Origin: Podarcis melisellensis
Taxonomy: Eukaryota
Strand: one strand, 5' to 3'
Assembly (NCBI GenBank): GCA_964234715.1
Contig: OZ174285.1
DNA: 64,000 nucleotides
The notes under the pieces were generated by a model that had not been told where the DNA came from, ran no database searches, and worked only from the letters and a program-made list of their open reading frames with translations. Position numbers and translations under genes: made by a program. This document shows, one piece after another, positions 1 to 12,600 of this stretch (position 1 is its first letter; every line of letters starts with the position of its first letter).

Positions 1-2792
1 CTGGTAACTATTAACTATAGAAGTGCTCAAAAGGTTAGCGAAAGGTTGACTTTCACAGAGAATAAATAGAGATTGAGGATGTTAGCTACACTTGCTCTTT
101 GTTCTTTGACTGAGCACCCGGTGACCCTTAATATTTTGCACATCTTCTTTTTCATACCTGCTAACATTTGATAAAGGCTCCGTCTCCTGATGTCCACGCT
201 CCACATATAATTGTTTATCCACATCCTCAAATCCATGCTGAAATCTAATCCAAGAGACATAGATGCAGGTTTCATTATTTGCATTCAGTATAAGAATCGA
301 GGAGAATTCAGTCCATTCCACAAACAAGCTGACCTAATTCTTACCTCCAGGACTCGTACAGAAATTGGAAGACCAATAGGGTTTGGATTCTATACCTCTC
401 CAAAATTTGCAGTACAGTTCTTAGCTCAATAAACACGCCCAAATGCAATTAAACAAAAAAAAAAAATGGGTATTTTAGAAAATACTGTTATAAAAGTTTA
501 CATTGACATACAAAAACATATTTAAACTAAAGTAAAGCAGAGCTTTGTGGGTTGTTTTTTAAATCAAATTAATGTGGAAATGGGACATAACAGATATAAG
601 AATAAACATATACAAAACTGACCGTTTCCAGATTTATATTAAATTCAAAGGCCTGAACACTGGATTAAAGTTTTTCTTCTCTGATTGGAAATTCTGAACT
701 TAATTGGCTTTGCAGTAGTCTTTGAGGAGCGTATCTTACACCACTGTCTCTCCCTACATTTCCATGGAAGGCTCTCATGTCAATGGAACAAACTTCCCAG
801 TAAATGAGCTTAGGATTGCAGGCTTTGCATAAATTGTAGAGGAGCTGAGATTTGGCAGCCTGCCACGCTTTCATCTAGTAGTGGATCTCTTGCACAAATT
901 CCTAGCTGCTGCTAAGATGATATACGGAATCTCAAAGGAGAATAAACATGCATTATCATATTTAAGTTATGGATTGCAAAGAACAAAAGCAGGCTTGGAG
1001 GGAACAGAAAGCCTTCAAACGAATTAAGGAAGTGACTTCTTTTCTTTGGGTAGCATCAAGATCCAAAAATATGCAGAGATGGCTGTGAAAACTTAAAAAG
1101 TCTTCTACCCAGTCCTAAAATAAATTGAGCACATGTGTCAACATTTAACAGCTTTAGATTGTCATATGCAGCTACAACTGCAGCCTATTTGCCTGTTATG
1201 AGATCTACAGCTGAGGCTATTGAACCTATTGGTTCTTCACCCAACAGGTGATGAAAGCACTACAGCAGCACTGATCACCTGTGGGTGGTCAGGAGGGAGA
1301 TGAACCACCTACTTCCTCTCCCTTCCCCATGTAACAGTTGATTGTCACTGCCAGGTAACAGCACAACTATCTTCTAGCACACATGCCACCCTCCCCACAG
1401 AATTTACATGGAGGGATTTCCTTCCAGCATCCTTTGAACTCCTTAATAAGGAAGATCAATGATGGAAAACCTGTTTTCACTTGAAGGTTTCTTTCACTGG
1501 ATTGGGATGCATGAGTCTAAAGTATACAGGGCGTATTAAACTCTTTGCTACAGTGAAGTCAAAAACCCTATTCCAGTGGTGCCTTTCTACCAGCCCCAGC
1601 TGGCAGGGCAGATGATCAGAGATGATGGGGGGTCCAACACATCTGGAAGGTTATTCTTGCCCTGTGCACACTTGTATGGGGAATAAACTTCACTGATCTC
1701 AATGGGACTGACTTCCCAAAAACACCGGAAGAACTGTGTTGCACATGACGTACAAAAAGGGGGGAAATGCTCAACCAGATGGAAGAAGCATTCCTTCTAT
1801 ATTGAGACATTGTTTCAGGGACCCAAATATCAGCACGTTTTTCTTTCACCAGTTAGACAAGCCTTTAATTGTATTAGAATTAAACAAACAATAAAAAGAA
1901 CGGGAACAGTGTGGCAGCTGTAGAGGAATTCCTAGTGTGAGCCTGAATAGCAATTCCTGATTTAACTTGACTGCTGCAAAGAATTACAATAGCTCATATA
2001 ATAATAGATTGCTTTGAATCAGGGTTCTGTCAAATCCCCAAGAGCATTTCTTTCCTAACAAATGTTTCTTGCAGGATATCTAGAATAGGTGAATTTGGAA
2101 ATGACGGACCGATTTAAAATTGGGTGAAGATATTATGTGGTAGTTAAAATTACTTCAGAGTCTAGCAATGCTCGGGTTTTGCTGATAGGAACAGGACTTG
2201 AGCTCCACCCACATGTTAGTCCTCCTGTGTGAAGAGCTAATAAATGGAGGAGGACCATGTTTCCGGGTCCTACACCTACACTCCATCCATCACCCCTCCA
2301 TCTACCTTGGCCCAGCTTTCTGACTTCCATGTTTCATGAAGGTCTTAAGGGGGAACCATCTCCTTCAGTGGAGATCGAAAGTGAAGTCAGCTGGGACCTG
2401 AAGTCAGCACAGACCTTCGTATCTCTTGCAGGGTAAGCTAGAATTGTCTGTTTCTTTGCCAAAAGAAGACCACTTTGCACCTGACTGCTGCTTTGGGACA
2501 AGGGGCTGCTTTGGGAGTTATCCATTTTACACAGTAACAAGGTGAGGTGAAGACAAGAAAGTTTGCAGCTCATCCTCTTCATAAAAACCCTCCCATGTAT
2601 AATATCACCAAGGGAGGGAAACAGCAGAGTGAACTGAGCTGTACACAAACACTGCTTGCAGCATTTCTTGTATTACAATGTTGGGGGTGGGGGAAGGGAG
2701 TGTTGCCACACAATTTAGGCACATCACCAAGTGTCTAACTCTCAAAGCAATAACACACGCCAGGACCATATAAAAGTTTGCACGTCATCCTT

Positions 2793-2798
2793 TTTATT
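2793..2798 (-). terminator. MACIR: Probable MACIR polyadenylation signal (AATAAA), giving a ~1.6 kb 3'UTR
   Basis: AATAAA on the minus strand after an AU-rich, repeat-free stretch downstream of the stop codon. Confidence 0.55.
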
Positions 2799-4411
2799 TC
2801 ATAGTCAACAATGTCGTTCCACAGGGTAAAATCAATAAATAATGGTTAATCAATAAGTGTAAAAACCCTCTTTGGCATTGGACGGTATTCTTCTGGTCAA
2901 ACTAAAAGCTATGTAGGAATAGTTCCTTAAGAAATCATTCTTCACTACAATATAACGGTGCAAGTTGTAATAATTACTAGCGCTCCCTCAAAGTTAAACA
3001 AAATCTTTTGACAGATTCTTCAGGTCCGACATAACTGTGGGGGAAAGGTGTCAAAGCTGAGACAAAGCCTAGTTTTCCAAAGCATGTGCTCCCTTCTCCA
3101 ATTCTTCCCAAGAGACAAATAACCCTGTCTTTCTACTCAGGAAAGTCAGAACAGTGCCAGGAATTATTATTATTATTTTTAAATGACTTTGTTTCACAGT
3201 CAATTTCTTCAAAATTGAAGCTTTCACTTCTAAATAACTTACAGATCAAAAACATTAAATGGTTGTACACTGCTTCAGTAATAAACTGCACATCCTAAAG
3301 AGACTAACAAACAAAATTATCCATTATTTTTAGATGCTATGGTTAAGCCAAGATAAATTAGGATTTTTTTTTGACATGATTTTTCAAAGAAACATTTTAA
3401 ATCAGTGCATTCGACATGATTCATAATCCAGTAAAAGCCTTCAAGGCTTTTTTTAAAACAAACAAACAAACAAACAAACAAACCCAAATCCCAAATCCAG
3501 GTTTTAAAAGTAGTATTCAGTGCTGTAAATAAACTGGAATGTTCAGGTGCAGTGCTAAAATGTGGTCTAGCAAGACCCTCCCCGCAACAATAATAATGTA
3601 ATATGGTAGTTCTAGAATCTAAACTAGTATTTGTATACTGCAGATGCAGATGCAGATGTTCACGATGTATATACACAACATAAAAATCCTCATGTAGGTG
3701 TTAAGACAACTTTTTTAAAACAAACAAACAAAACTAAATTAAAAATTGTTTATGTTTGCCTTCCAATATTCTATTTTTCTCCAAAACAGTTGAAGTTTGT
3801 TTTTGTTTTAATTACAATGAAATCAATTTGAAATTGAAAAGTAATTCAATTATATTTTTTAAAAAGTTGTAGTAACTTAAGTACTCAGGCTTAATTTCAT
3901 CATTGTTTTTTTGTTTTGTTTTTTTGCTTTTCGTTTTGCTTTTTCCCCAGTGCAAAACCAGTTTACGGCAAATGTAAACTGGATTCTTTTAAAGAGCACA
4001 TGGGCTTACTCATACGTATTTTTACTATGATGCAAAAGTCATTACATTTACACACATATGCTTAGTATTAAGTAAGAGTGTAGTTCAGTGCTTATCCATG
4101 AGTAATTTCTTACAGCGAGTCCAGTTAGAAACAGAAGTCATAGTACACCGATTTCCGAATTTGTATCGTCACAAGTCCAGGTATCCATGTGCAAAACCCC
4201 CTGTTTTGTTATACTGTTCTAAAGATATCTGCAGGCAGAATTTCCAAGTAGTTCCTTCCACGTGATTTCCACCCCATGCTATCTTCATAATCTTACTCAT
4301 ACAAACAGCGGTCTGGTAACACTTTGCTGCTGCAGCCAAGAACCCCGTGCATGGCTTGTCCACCTTCTAAAGAGCTTTTTGATACGAAGATGAGCCAAGG
4401 GCAATTTATCT

Positions 4412-5038
4412 TCATGTGTTGTTCTGAGCAAACATACGGTCCCCTCTTAGGGTGAGGTGTTGGAGCTGATACTGAAGTACGTCTGTGTCGGCTGGTTCCT
4501 TGATGTTCATTCTGTCCAGATTGAGGTAGTCTAGGGATTTAGAGTGAGCCCTTTTACCCTTGAAAAGGCAAAGAGGCAAAGGACCGTGAAAAGCCTTGTA
4601 GGGTTCATAAGATAGTGGCTTGGTGCATTTATCCCCTGAGCTGGGCATCCGCCGCCTTCTCCGGCCATTGATCGCCGGGATCTCATAAGGCTGGTAGTAC
4701 CTGCTTCTGGCTTTACACACCCGGGAGGAGCGGGAAAGTCCTGAATCGAGCTGTTTGGAACGCAAAGTAGGCACTACCGCTTCGACTTTGTTCTCCTCCC
4801 CTACAGCGCACTTCTGAGCTAATTTCAGCAACTCCTCCCCTGTCGTGAAGCCAACCAAATAGTTAGAATCCATGTGGAGGATCTGGTAGCCTGAAACAGT
4901 CTGGCGCATTGGAGAACATGGGGTGCTGGAGCAGCGAGGTTTCTCGGACTCGGCCTTGCCGGTGGCACTCACATCAGCAATAGGCAACGGGAGAGTAGCT
5001 AGGATAGACCTGGACTCCCCATTAATGTCAACTTCCAT
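4412..5038 (-). CDS. MACIR: Macrophage immunometabolism regulator (C5orf30, UNC119-binding protein), complete 208-aa single-exon CDS
   Basis: MEVDINGESRS...SSTPCSPMRQTVSGYQILHMDSNYLVGFTTGEELLKLAQKC...RRRRRMPSSGDKC...LQHLTLRGDRMFAQNNT matches human C5orf30 as recalled. Acceptor ttttgtatttccag precedes the exon start at 5059; ATG at 5038. Confidence 0.97.
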   Translation of the reverse strand: MEVDINGESRSILATLPLPIADVSATGKAESEKPRCSSTPCSPMRQTVSGYQILHMDSNYLVGFTTGEELLKLAQKCAVGEENKVEAVVPTLRSKQLDSGLSRSSRVCKARSRYYQPYEIPAINGRRRRRMPSSGDKCTKPLSYEPYKAFHGPLPLCLFKGKRAHSKSLDYLNLDRMNIKEPADTDVLQYQLQHLTLRGDRMFAQNNT

Positions 5039-5604
5039 TTTAAATATGAATCGGCTAGCCTGGAAATACAAAAACAAAACAAAAAAGCAGTTTGATTAGC
5101 GTGTTGCAATGCACAGAGCGACATAGAGATTCGTATCTTTGGGGCCGCCATTTCTCAAGTGATCCCAAGTTCCAAAGACTAGGCTGGGGTGGAAAACCTG
5201 CAGCTTCATGTTGGTGGGGGAAACCCAGGAGGAAGGGGGGAAGAGGACAGTGGGGGGGGGGAGAGAGGAAGCCTAAACAGGCAGAGCAATGGAACAAGGT
5301 GGGGAACCCACCTTGCAAGCAAACAAGTTTAGACGTCTGGCAAGGAAAAGGTAAACCAGGTGGTGTGGGTGGAGGGAAAAGAGAGCCCCAATGGGCTAAG
5401 TGGTAAAAGGAACGTGTGAGGCAAGAGCAATCCATCCCTCCCTTAAGCGAGCGAGGAAGAGGGAGAAAGTGAGAAAGGGGTGGCAGAGAGAGAAAGAAGG
5501 GGTGGCCTGCCCTGCCCACTTTTGTCATTGGACCTGCCCACTTCCAGCATCCAGTCCCCAAAGGAAAGGAAAAGTTCCCCACCCATGCTTTAGATGTTCA
5601 TGGG

Positions 5605-5810
5605 CCAGAGTAAGGCCATGGATTGTAAGAGAGCTGGACTTGGATTCAAGTCCCACTTTTGCCCTGTAGCCTTAAAGACCTTGTTTAGCTCTCAGGTTCT
5701 GTTCCCAAAATGGGAACTGTGGCCTGTCTACAATGTGAAGCCAGACACAATAACCACTGCAGAACCCCATGGATATGCAAACTTTATATACTGTGCACAA
5801 TAAATAAGAT
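5605..5810 (+). mobile_element. Old MIR/CORE-like SINE remnant
   Basis: B-box-like ggattcaagtccc, gaccttg, aaaatggg core and aataaataa tail. Confidence 0.4.
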
Positions 5811-6975
5811 TTCAGTGAACACAATTCCCAGGTCTTGCCTGGTACTGAAGCCACACAACAGATCAGCTGAAGGCATTTTGACTAAGCCCAACTTGGATGT
5901 CTGAAAGATGTAGTACCAGAGACTACTAGCAAAATAATAGATCTTAAGTTTTCACATGCTCCCAGTTCAGAAGCTGAACTGGTGGATGTGAAGGTCAAAA
6001 TATCACTAATTTGAAGACATACACACACATTAAAAAGCAGCTATTTTCCTTGAGCTTCCTCCTATGTAGACCTCAGTGAGAACAGCTTCCTCTGAAGCTG
6101 GTCTGACCTTGTACATCTCCTATTCAAGAACCACTGAAGCAACTAGTGCATGCCAAGTGAAAAGCTACAAAAGTAATCTAACTACAATCATATACATTTC
6201 TCATTACTTTCAGTGGGACTGCTTATTTATGTAAAAAGTCTGTTTCCACCTCTCAGTGAACATTACCTTTTTAACATCTGGTTTAGAGAGGGAGGAAAGT
6301 CAGCATGTCCTCACAGAAACCTTCCAAAAGTAGATTAAGAGTACGTGATCCATAATCTCTGTTCACTGTGAAATGCTCACAGACAGCTAGCTGCCTGACC
6401 CCAAGAGAATCGGCAACCTTGATTGCATCTATCTAGTACTTGACACAACAAAAGCTTCAGGTGAATGGGAAGGCGTCTTTGGAAGTTATTTGCACTAAAT
6501 CTGATATATGGATGTCAAATCAAGTGGCAAACAATGATAGAGTCTTCCAAACATTTTTCGGTCATTTAACAGCTTGCTTTATACACACACCAATCAAAAC
6601 AAAATATACTCCGAAAGATCTATATTTGTGACTTCTTTCTCAATCCTACTCACAGTTACTTGGAAACATATTCTGTTGATCTTTCATGAACTCATTTTTA
6701 CTTTAAGTAAATGTATTTAGGTCTAAGATTCCAAGAAAAGGAAGCAAGATATCAATTTCTAGAACTAAAACCTACAACTTTTATAGCTTTAAGTAAATTT
6801 CAAAATGTAGAATTTCATACCAACAAAATACACATTTTAGCCATCTGGTTTATCTTTTTTCAAGCTGTAAAGAGAGGCACATCTCATCTAAACCTATGCT
6901 CATAAACATTATTATAGAATACGTAATATATTGTCAAAACAGAAAGGGGGAAACCTTGAAAGCGAGTTTCAAATA

Positions 6976-7183
6976 CAGTGGTACCTCTGGTTGCAAAATG
7001 GGTCCATACCGGAGGTCCGGCCGCATCCCGAGGAATTTGCAACCGGAGGACCGCTTCTGCACATGTGTAGAGTGCTTCTGCGCATGCACGCGTGGCGAAA
7101 CTCGGGGAAATACTTCCGGGTTTGCCACGTTCGCACCCCGAAGTTTATGCATCCAGGGGGATACGTAAGCAGATATACGACTG
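6976..7183. mobile_element. Tc1/mariner (Tigger-like) MITE
   Basis: TA|CAGTGGTACCTC ... TATACGACTG|TA imperfect TIRs with TA target duplication. Confidence 0.75.
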
Positions 7184-7690
7184 TATTGTTATGGAAGCTG
7201 CAAATGTTGTAGTAATACTGAAACTGAATGGACTTTTCAGTGGTGGCCTCCACTTATGGAATATGCTCTCCCCAGGCACCATCATTGTCTGTCTTTAGGT
7301 GCCAGGCAAAAACACTTATTTACCCAAGTCTTTGGCCCTTAAATTGGAGAGTTAACTCATTTTGTCTATGGCTCTTGTTGTGCTCATCTTTTTAAGTGGG
7401 ATGGGCATAATTCAACATTTATATACACATATAAATATCTAGACTAACATTTTAGGGTTTTGTTTTATTGCTGTTGTTATATTTGGTTTTAATGTTTCAC
7501 AGGTTGTTGTTTTTTCCTATTCAAATGAAATAAATAAAAGAATATGACTGGGAACACAGAACACAGAACATGTGCACAGCATGGATGAAAACAAATCCAC
7601 TGCAGGTAGTGAATAGAAAAAAAGCCCCTTCCTAGATTTTGCATTATCTTCCTAATATATTCCAGGAAAACCGAAGCTTGGGTCGTATAT

Positions 7691-7830
7691 NNNNNNNNNN
7701 NNNNNNNNNNNNNNNNNNNNNNNNNNNNNNNNNNNNNNNNNNNNNNNNNNNNNNNNNNNNNNNNNNNNNNNNNNNNNNNNNNNNNNNNNNNNNNNNNNNN
7801 NNNNNNNNNNNNNNNNNNNNNNNNNNNNNN
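7691..7830. other. Assembly gap (140 N)
   Basis: Run of N. Confidence 1.
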
Positions 7831-9093
7831 GCTGAGTTTCCCCAGCCACTCTGGGCGGCTCCCAATCAGTGTTAAAAACAGTACAGCATTACATATTAAA
7901 AACTTCCCTGAACAGGGCTGCCTTAAGATGTCTTCTGAATGTCAGGTAATTCTTTATCTCTTTGACATCTGATGGAAGGGCGTTCCACAGGGCGGGCGCC
8001 ACTACCGAGAAGGCCCTCTGTCTGGTTCCCTGTAGCCTCACTTCTCGCAATGAGGGAACCGCCAGAAGGCCCTCGGCACTGGATCTCAGTGTCCTGGCTG
8101 AACGATGGGGGTGGAGACGCTCCTTCAGGTATACAGGACCGAGGCCGTTTAGGGCTTTAAAGGTCAGCACCAACACTTTGAATCGTGCTCGGAAACGTAC
8201 TGGGAGCCAATGCAGATCTCTCAGAACCGGTATTATGTGGTCCCGGCGGCCACTCCCAGTCACCAGTCTAGCTGCCGCATTCTGGATTAATTGCAGTTTC
8301 CGGGTCACCTTCAAAGGTAGCCCCACGTAGAGCGCGTTGCAGTAGTCCAAGCGTGAGATAACTAGAGCATGCACCACTCTGGCGAGACAGTCCGCGGGGA
8401 GGTAGGGTCTTAGCCTGCGTACCAGGTGGAGCTGGTAGACAGCTGCCCTGGACACAGAGTTAACCTGCGCCTCCATGGACAGCTGTGAGTCCAAAATGAC
8501 TCCCAGGCTGCGCACCTGGTCCTTCAGGGGCACAGTTACCCCATTCAGGACCAGGGAATCCTCCACACCTGCCCGCCTCCTGTCCCCCAAAAACAGTACT
8601 TCTGTCTTGTCAGGATTCAACCTCAATCTGTTAGCCGCCATCCAACCTCCAACCGCCTCCAGGCACTCACACAGGACCTTCACCGCCTTCACTGGTTCTG
8701 ATTTAAAGGAGAGGTAGAGCTGGGTGTCATCTGCATACTGATGAACACCCAGTCCAAACCCCCTGATGATCTCTCCCAGCGGCTTCATATAGATATTAAA
8801 AAGCATGGGGGAGAGGACAGAACCCTGAGGCACCCCACAAGTGAGAGCCCAGGGGTCTGAACACTCAACCCCCACCACCACTTTCTGGACACGGCCCAGG
8901 AGGAAGGAGCGGAACCACTGTATGACAGTGCCCCCAGCTCCCAGCCCCTCTAGACGGTCCAGAAGGATGTTATGGTCAATGGTGTCAAAGGCCGCTGAGA
9001 GATCCAGCAGAACTAGGAAACAGCTCTCACCTTTGTCCCTAGCCCGCCGCAGATCATCAACCAGCGTGACCAAGGCAGTTTCAGTCCCATGGT
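7831..9093 (-). mobile_element. 5'-truncated L2-clade LINE in MACIR intron
   Basis: Uninterrupted reverse-transcriptase ORF plus 3'UTR that runs into the N-gap. Confidence 0.93.
7889..9073 (-). CDS. L2 LINE ORF2 C-terminal part (reverse transcriptase), 5'-truncated
   Basis: LLDLSAAFDTIDH, GVPQGSVLSP, YADDTQLY, LNPDKTE, SRLDYCN, LHWLP motifs. Confidence 0.9.
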   Translation of the reverse strand: MVTLVDDLRRARDKGESCFLVLLDLSAAFDTIDHNILLDRLEGLGAGGTVIQWFRSFLLGRVQKVVVGVECSDPWALTCGVPQGSVLSPMLFNIYMKPLGEIIRGFGLGVHQYADDTQLYLSFKSEPVKAVKVLCECLEAVGGWMAANRLRLNPDKTEVLFLGDRRRAGVEDSLVLNGVTVPLKDQVRSLGVILDSQLSMEAQVNSVSRAAVYQLHLVRRLRPYLPADCLARVVHALVISRLDYCNALYVGLPLKVTRKLQLIQNAAARLVTGSGRRDHIIPVLRDLHWLPVRFRARFKVLVLTFKALNGLGPVYLKERLHPHRSARTLRSSAEGLLAVPSLREVRLQGTRQRAFSVVAPALWNALPSDVKEIKNYLTFRRHLKAALFREVFNM

Positions 9094-10783
9094 GAGACCT
9101 TCTGCTCCTCCCCTCTGTTCCACTGCAATTTCAAATGTCAGCAGAGAATTGTCCATTGATTATAACCATCAATGCCCTGTGTCGGGAGAACAAGGACATA
9201 ACTGTGCCACTCTCAAGGGCCTTGGCTAGTTTGGGAAGGATTTTTATGGTGTGTGTTTTTTCTGGGTTGTTTAGGAGCAGAGCAGACTCTAGGGTCAAAA
9301 CGAACAGGCAGCATTTTGTTTTATAGCACAGTTACATGAGAGTAAGCATACTGACTTGGAAGATACACACTTCCTATACAAAAAGTGCTTTCATGAAGGA
9401 GACACTATAGAACAAGGATGTCCAACAAGTCAATTGCGATCTACTGGTAGATCCCCATGGTGGATCTCAGACTCCTACCATGCCCCCTCACCCCACCCTC
9501 CATTGTTGTATGATCTCTAGACGGAGATTTCTCAGTGCTGCTGTTTTGATCCACAGTGATCTTTTTGTGAGTGACTTTACCCCTTTGTCCCTTGCCTTTA
9601 ACCCCCCCCCCATGGAACTGCCCTCCCAAAAAGCTTTTTTTGTAACCCCTAAAACCCCCAAAATGGAGATAGATCACTGTCAGTTTTTAATTCTGAAAGT
9701 AGATCGCAGCCTCTTGAGAGTTAGCCACCCCTGCTATAGAAGATTGCCCTGAACCTCGGGGAAATGTTAAGACAGAAATAGTTTCCAGATTTTAAAAAAT
9801 GTAAGCCACAATTTTATATAAACATTTATCTAGACTAAGTCTCACTGAACATAGCAGGAACGACTTCTGAGTAAGTGAGCACAGAACTGCGCTGCATTTC
9901 ATACAAACCAGGGCAGCTTTTCGGACGCTGCTGGACTCCAACTCCCATCAGCCCCAGCTGGAATCATCAGTGGCCAAGAATGATGGGAGCTGGAGTCAAG
10001 CAGCATCTGGAAGGACACAGACTCACCGCCCCAATGTAAACTAGAAGGTTAGTAAACTGCACAAAACCTAACATCATCGTTTTGTCCAGGGGTGGGGTGT
10101 GATGGGGAAACTGCATTCAATCTAAATTTTGGTAATGCCACACCTCCAGCCATTTCGTAACTGGCCTCCAAAATTCTAAATATGCCACTGGTCCAGAACG
10201 ATTGGCAACCACTGAATTATGTGAATGGCTTAAAAAAAGAGAGTAAGTTAACAGCAGACCTTGATAATGGTTAGGGAGGCTTTAGCCTCTACACTGCCTG
10301 CCCCACAACTACAGTCCCAATATGAACTGTGGGGGCCACAGCTTCTATTAACATTTGAAGAAAAGCTTTCATTAGTACAGTTTAATACAAATAGGTGGTG
10401 CAAAGGGCCCAATCTGGGCCAGGTATACAAGGGGGTGAAAAGGATTAAAGCCCTCCTTACTCCACCAGGTCTTGATCTGGATCACACATGCATATACAGA
10501 CACACACACTTGCTTTTTAAAAAGCAATTATGTGAATGGTGTCTTGTCCAGTATGGCCTCAGACTGACTCCAACTACATTCATCCTAAAATAGTTCCCTC
10601 GTGTCAGTCTGATGAGCTAGCAGCCCATGAGATGAATGCAGGAAAAGGCATCTCTGGAAACAATGGTATCATAAGCATTTTACATCACAATGGAGATTCA
10701 GTTTCTGACTATAATGGCAAAACTAAGAACCTTGAGGAATGGTACTGAAACATTCTCAAGATCACAACACAGATTAGGTATGC

Positions 10784-10787
<4 letters not shown>

Positions 10788-10817
<30 letters not shown>
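10788..10817. repeat. (CA)n microsatellite
   Basis: Direct observation. Confidence 0.95.
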
Positions 10818-10820
<3 letters not shown>

Positions 10821-12378
10821 TAAATAAATAAATATATTGCTACTAAATAAGAGTGACTGAAGTTGTGTTAGTTTACTACTGAAGGGCAAAGAAAGATTGC
10901 AGAATATACTGGTCGACTATAGGTACAAAATTAGAGGTTAACATTTATCTCCAACGGTCAATTTGAAAGTGAAAGGTAGTAAATTAACCAGATGTTAATT
11001 CTCTATTCCAGTTACACCTGAACACCTCAAAAGGCTTGAAGTCCTCTGAAAGGCAAGTACAAATAAATGCTGAAAATGAGCACATATTCCATAACGCCAA
11101 ACACACCCATAAAATATTCAAATCTATACTGCACATGCTTTCACATCCATAGGATTTAGATTAATTGAGAAAGCTGTAGTCTAAAAATCACCTGATATAT
11201 TAATGAGGCAGGATTCTCAATATAATGAATCTGAACGTTCAAATGACAAATCAGACATTTTACTGATTTTATGGCTGGACCCTTAAATATGATTTCATAT
11301 GATGCTATTTTTTTCTTTTTTTTTTTGGTTCAATTGTTTTGTTTTTAACATTTTTATTGTAAGGTGCCTTAAATGGAGGGATAAAAATAAATACCCTGAG
11401 TACAGATACAGGCAACGGTGCCTAGCAAGATCAACCTGGCTCACTTTCTGCACCAGAATTATGCTCTCATTCTGAGCAACAGTTCTTCAGACTTCTTACT
11501 AAGTCCTGACTTACTCTGTACTGTATACAACAAGGCCATCCCATCAGCACAAGGACTTTCATTTGTGCAACTGGACATCCCTTCCCTCTGCCTCCCCCTG
11601 TGGGATGGGGGTGGGTGGGGGAAGGAAATTATGTTGTGTAAGCAGAAGTCATTCATGGAAGCATGGCATTTCATGGCATTGCCCTCCGTGCCCCATGCTG
11701 CATGCAAAAGCATACCCATGCAAACATCCCACATGCCCAGTCACATTTAAACTTCCAGTGTTAGAAACTAAGATATATAAGCTAGGTGCCAAATGGCTCC
11801 TTCAACCAGGGTTACAGTCACCAAAATGGAATGCCTATTTTCAGTTTTTGGGCCAGATGGCTTGGAAGTCCTATTTTTCCATACAACTTTTTGGTTCTTG
11901 AAATTCATTCTGATTGTTCAGATAAAATATGATGGATAGAATTCTCCAGGATATGTTGCTAGTGTGTGAAAACAGTCAAGATTCAAGGCTCCCCAGGCAC
12001 ACACCTCCAGATGGTGGAGAAGTCAGGCACCATTCTGGTGCCTGGGCATCTTCACTAGGTTGCAAGTGTCTGATAGCCAAGTGCAAAATGCACCTGGCGC
12101 CTAGTGAATTTCTAATGCTGAACGTAGCTGCCATGAGTGCTGATCCACACACATATAGCGTTGCCACGACGGCAGCACACCTGTCCAGTCTGTGGGTCAC
12201 TGACATGCCAATATTACACATCCATGGGCCACACATAGTGCGTTACATATGACAGAAAACATGTAGAACACCCACACTTCCCCCATGACTTGTGTCACAG
12301 AGGATGCATTCTGTTAAAAGTCTTTCATGGAATCCCGACTACAGGCAGAGGAAAAGCCAATTTGTCAACTTAAGTTAC

Positions 12379-12600
12379 AGATAGGTAGCCGTGTTGGTCT
12401 GCCATAGTCAAAACAAAAAATTTTTTTTTCTTCCAGTAGCACCTTAAAGACCAACTAAGTTAGTTCTTGGTATGAGCTTTCGTGTGCATGCACACTTCTT
12501 TCAGTGTATCTGAAGAAGTGTGCATGCACATGAAAGCTCATACCAAGAACTAACTTAGTTGGTCTTTAAGGTGCTACTGGAAGAAAAAAAATTTTTTTGT
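12379..12600. mobile_element. Penelope-like element 3' remnant as inverted pair with 18-bp flanking direct repeat
   Basis: Arms ~12409-12499 and ~12512-12604; TTTGTCAACTTAAGTTAC at 12361 and 12601. Confidence 0.8.
12506..12543 (+). ncRNA. Minimal hammerhead ribozyme motif
   Basis: GTAT-CTGAAGA-a-GTGTGCATGCACAT-GAAA-GCTC-ATAC: stem I GTAT/ATAC, palindromic stem II, AGCT stem III. Confidence 0.65.

Noticed and set aside
82-2650. Exon-like minus-strand segments downstream of MACIR (82-245, 623-930, 2334-2648), and the possibility of NUDT12 exons expected from synteny
   Set aside because: No recognisable protein similarity; the 623-930 segment has stops in all three frames; no NUDT12 peptide seen
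5039-5077. N-terminal extension MFLYFQASRFIFK of the MACIR ORF in the ORF track
   Set aside because: Crosses the splice acceptor at 5059/5060; the conserved start is the ATG at 5038
5055-5582. 175-aa minus-strand ORF and G-run region next to the MACIR acceptor
   Set aside because: Pro/Leu-rich low-complexity intronic translation, ending at a stop and out of frame with the CDS
7962-9095. Plus-strand ORFs overlapping the L2 element
   Set aside because: Antisense shadows of the RT ORF
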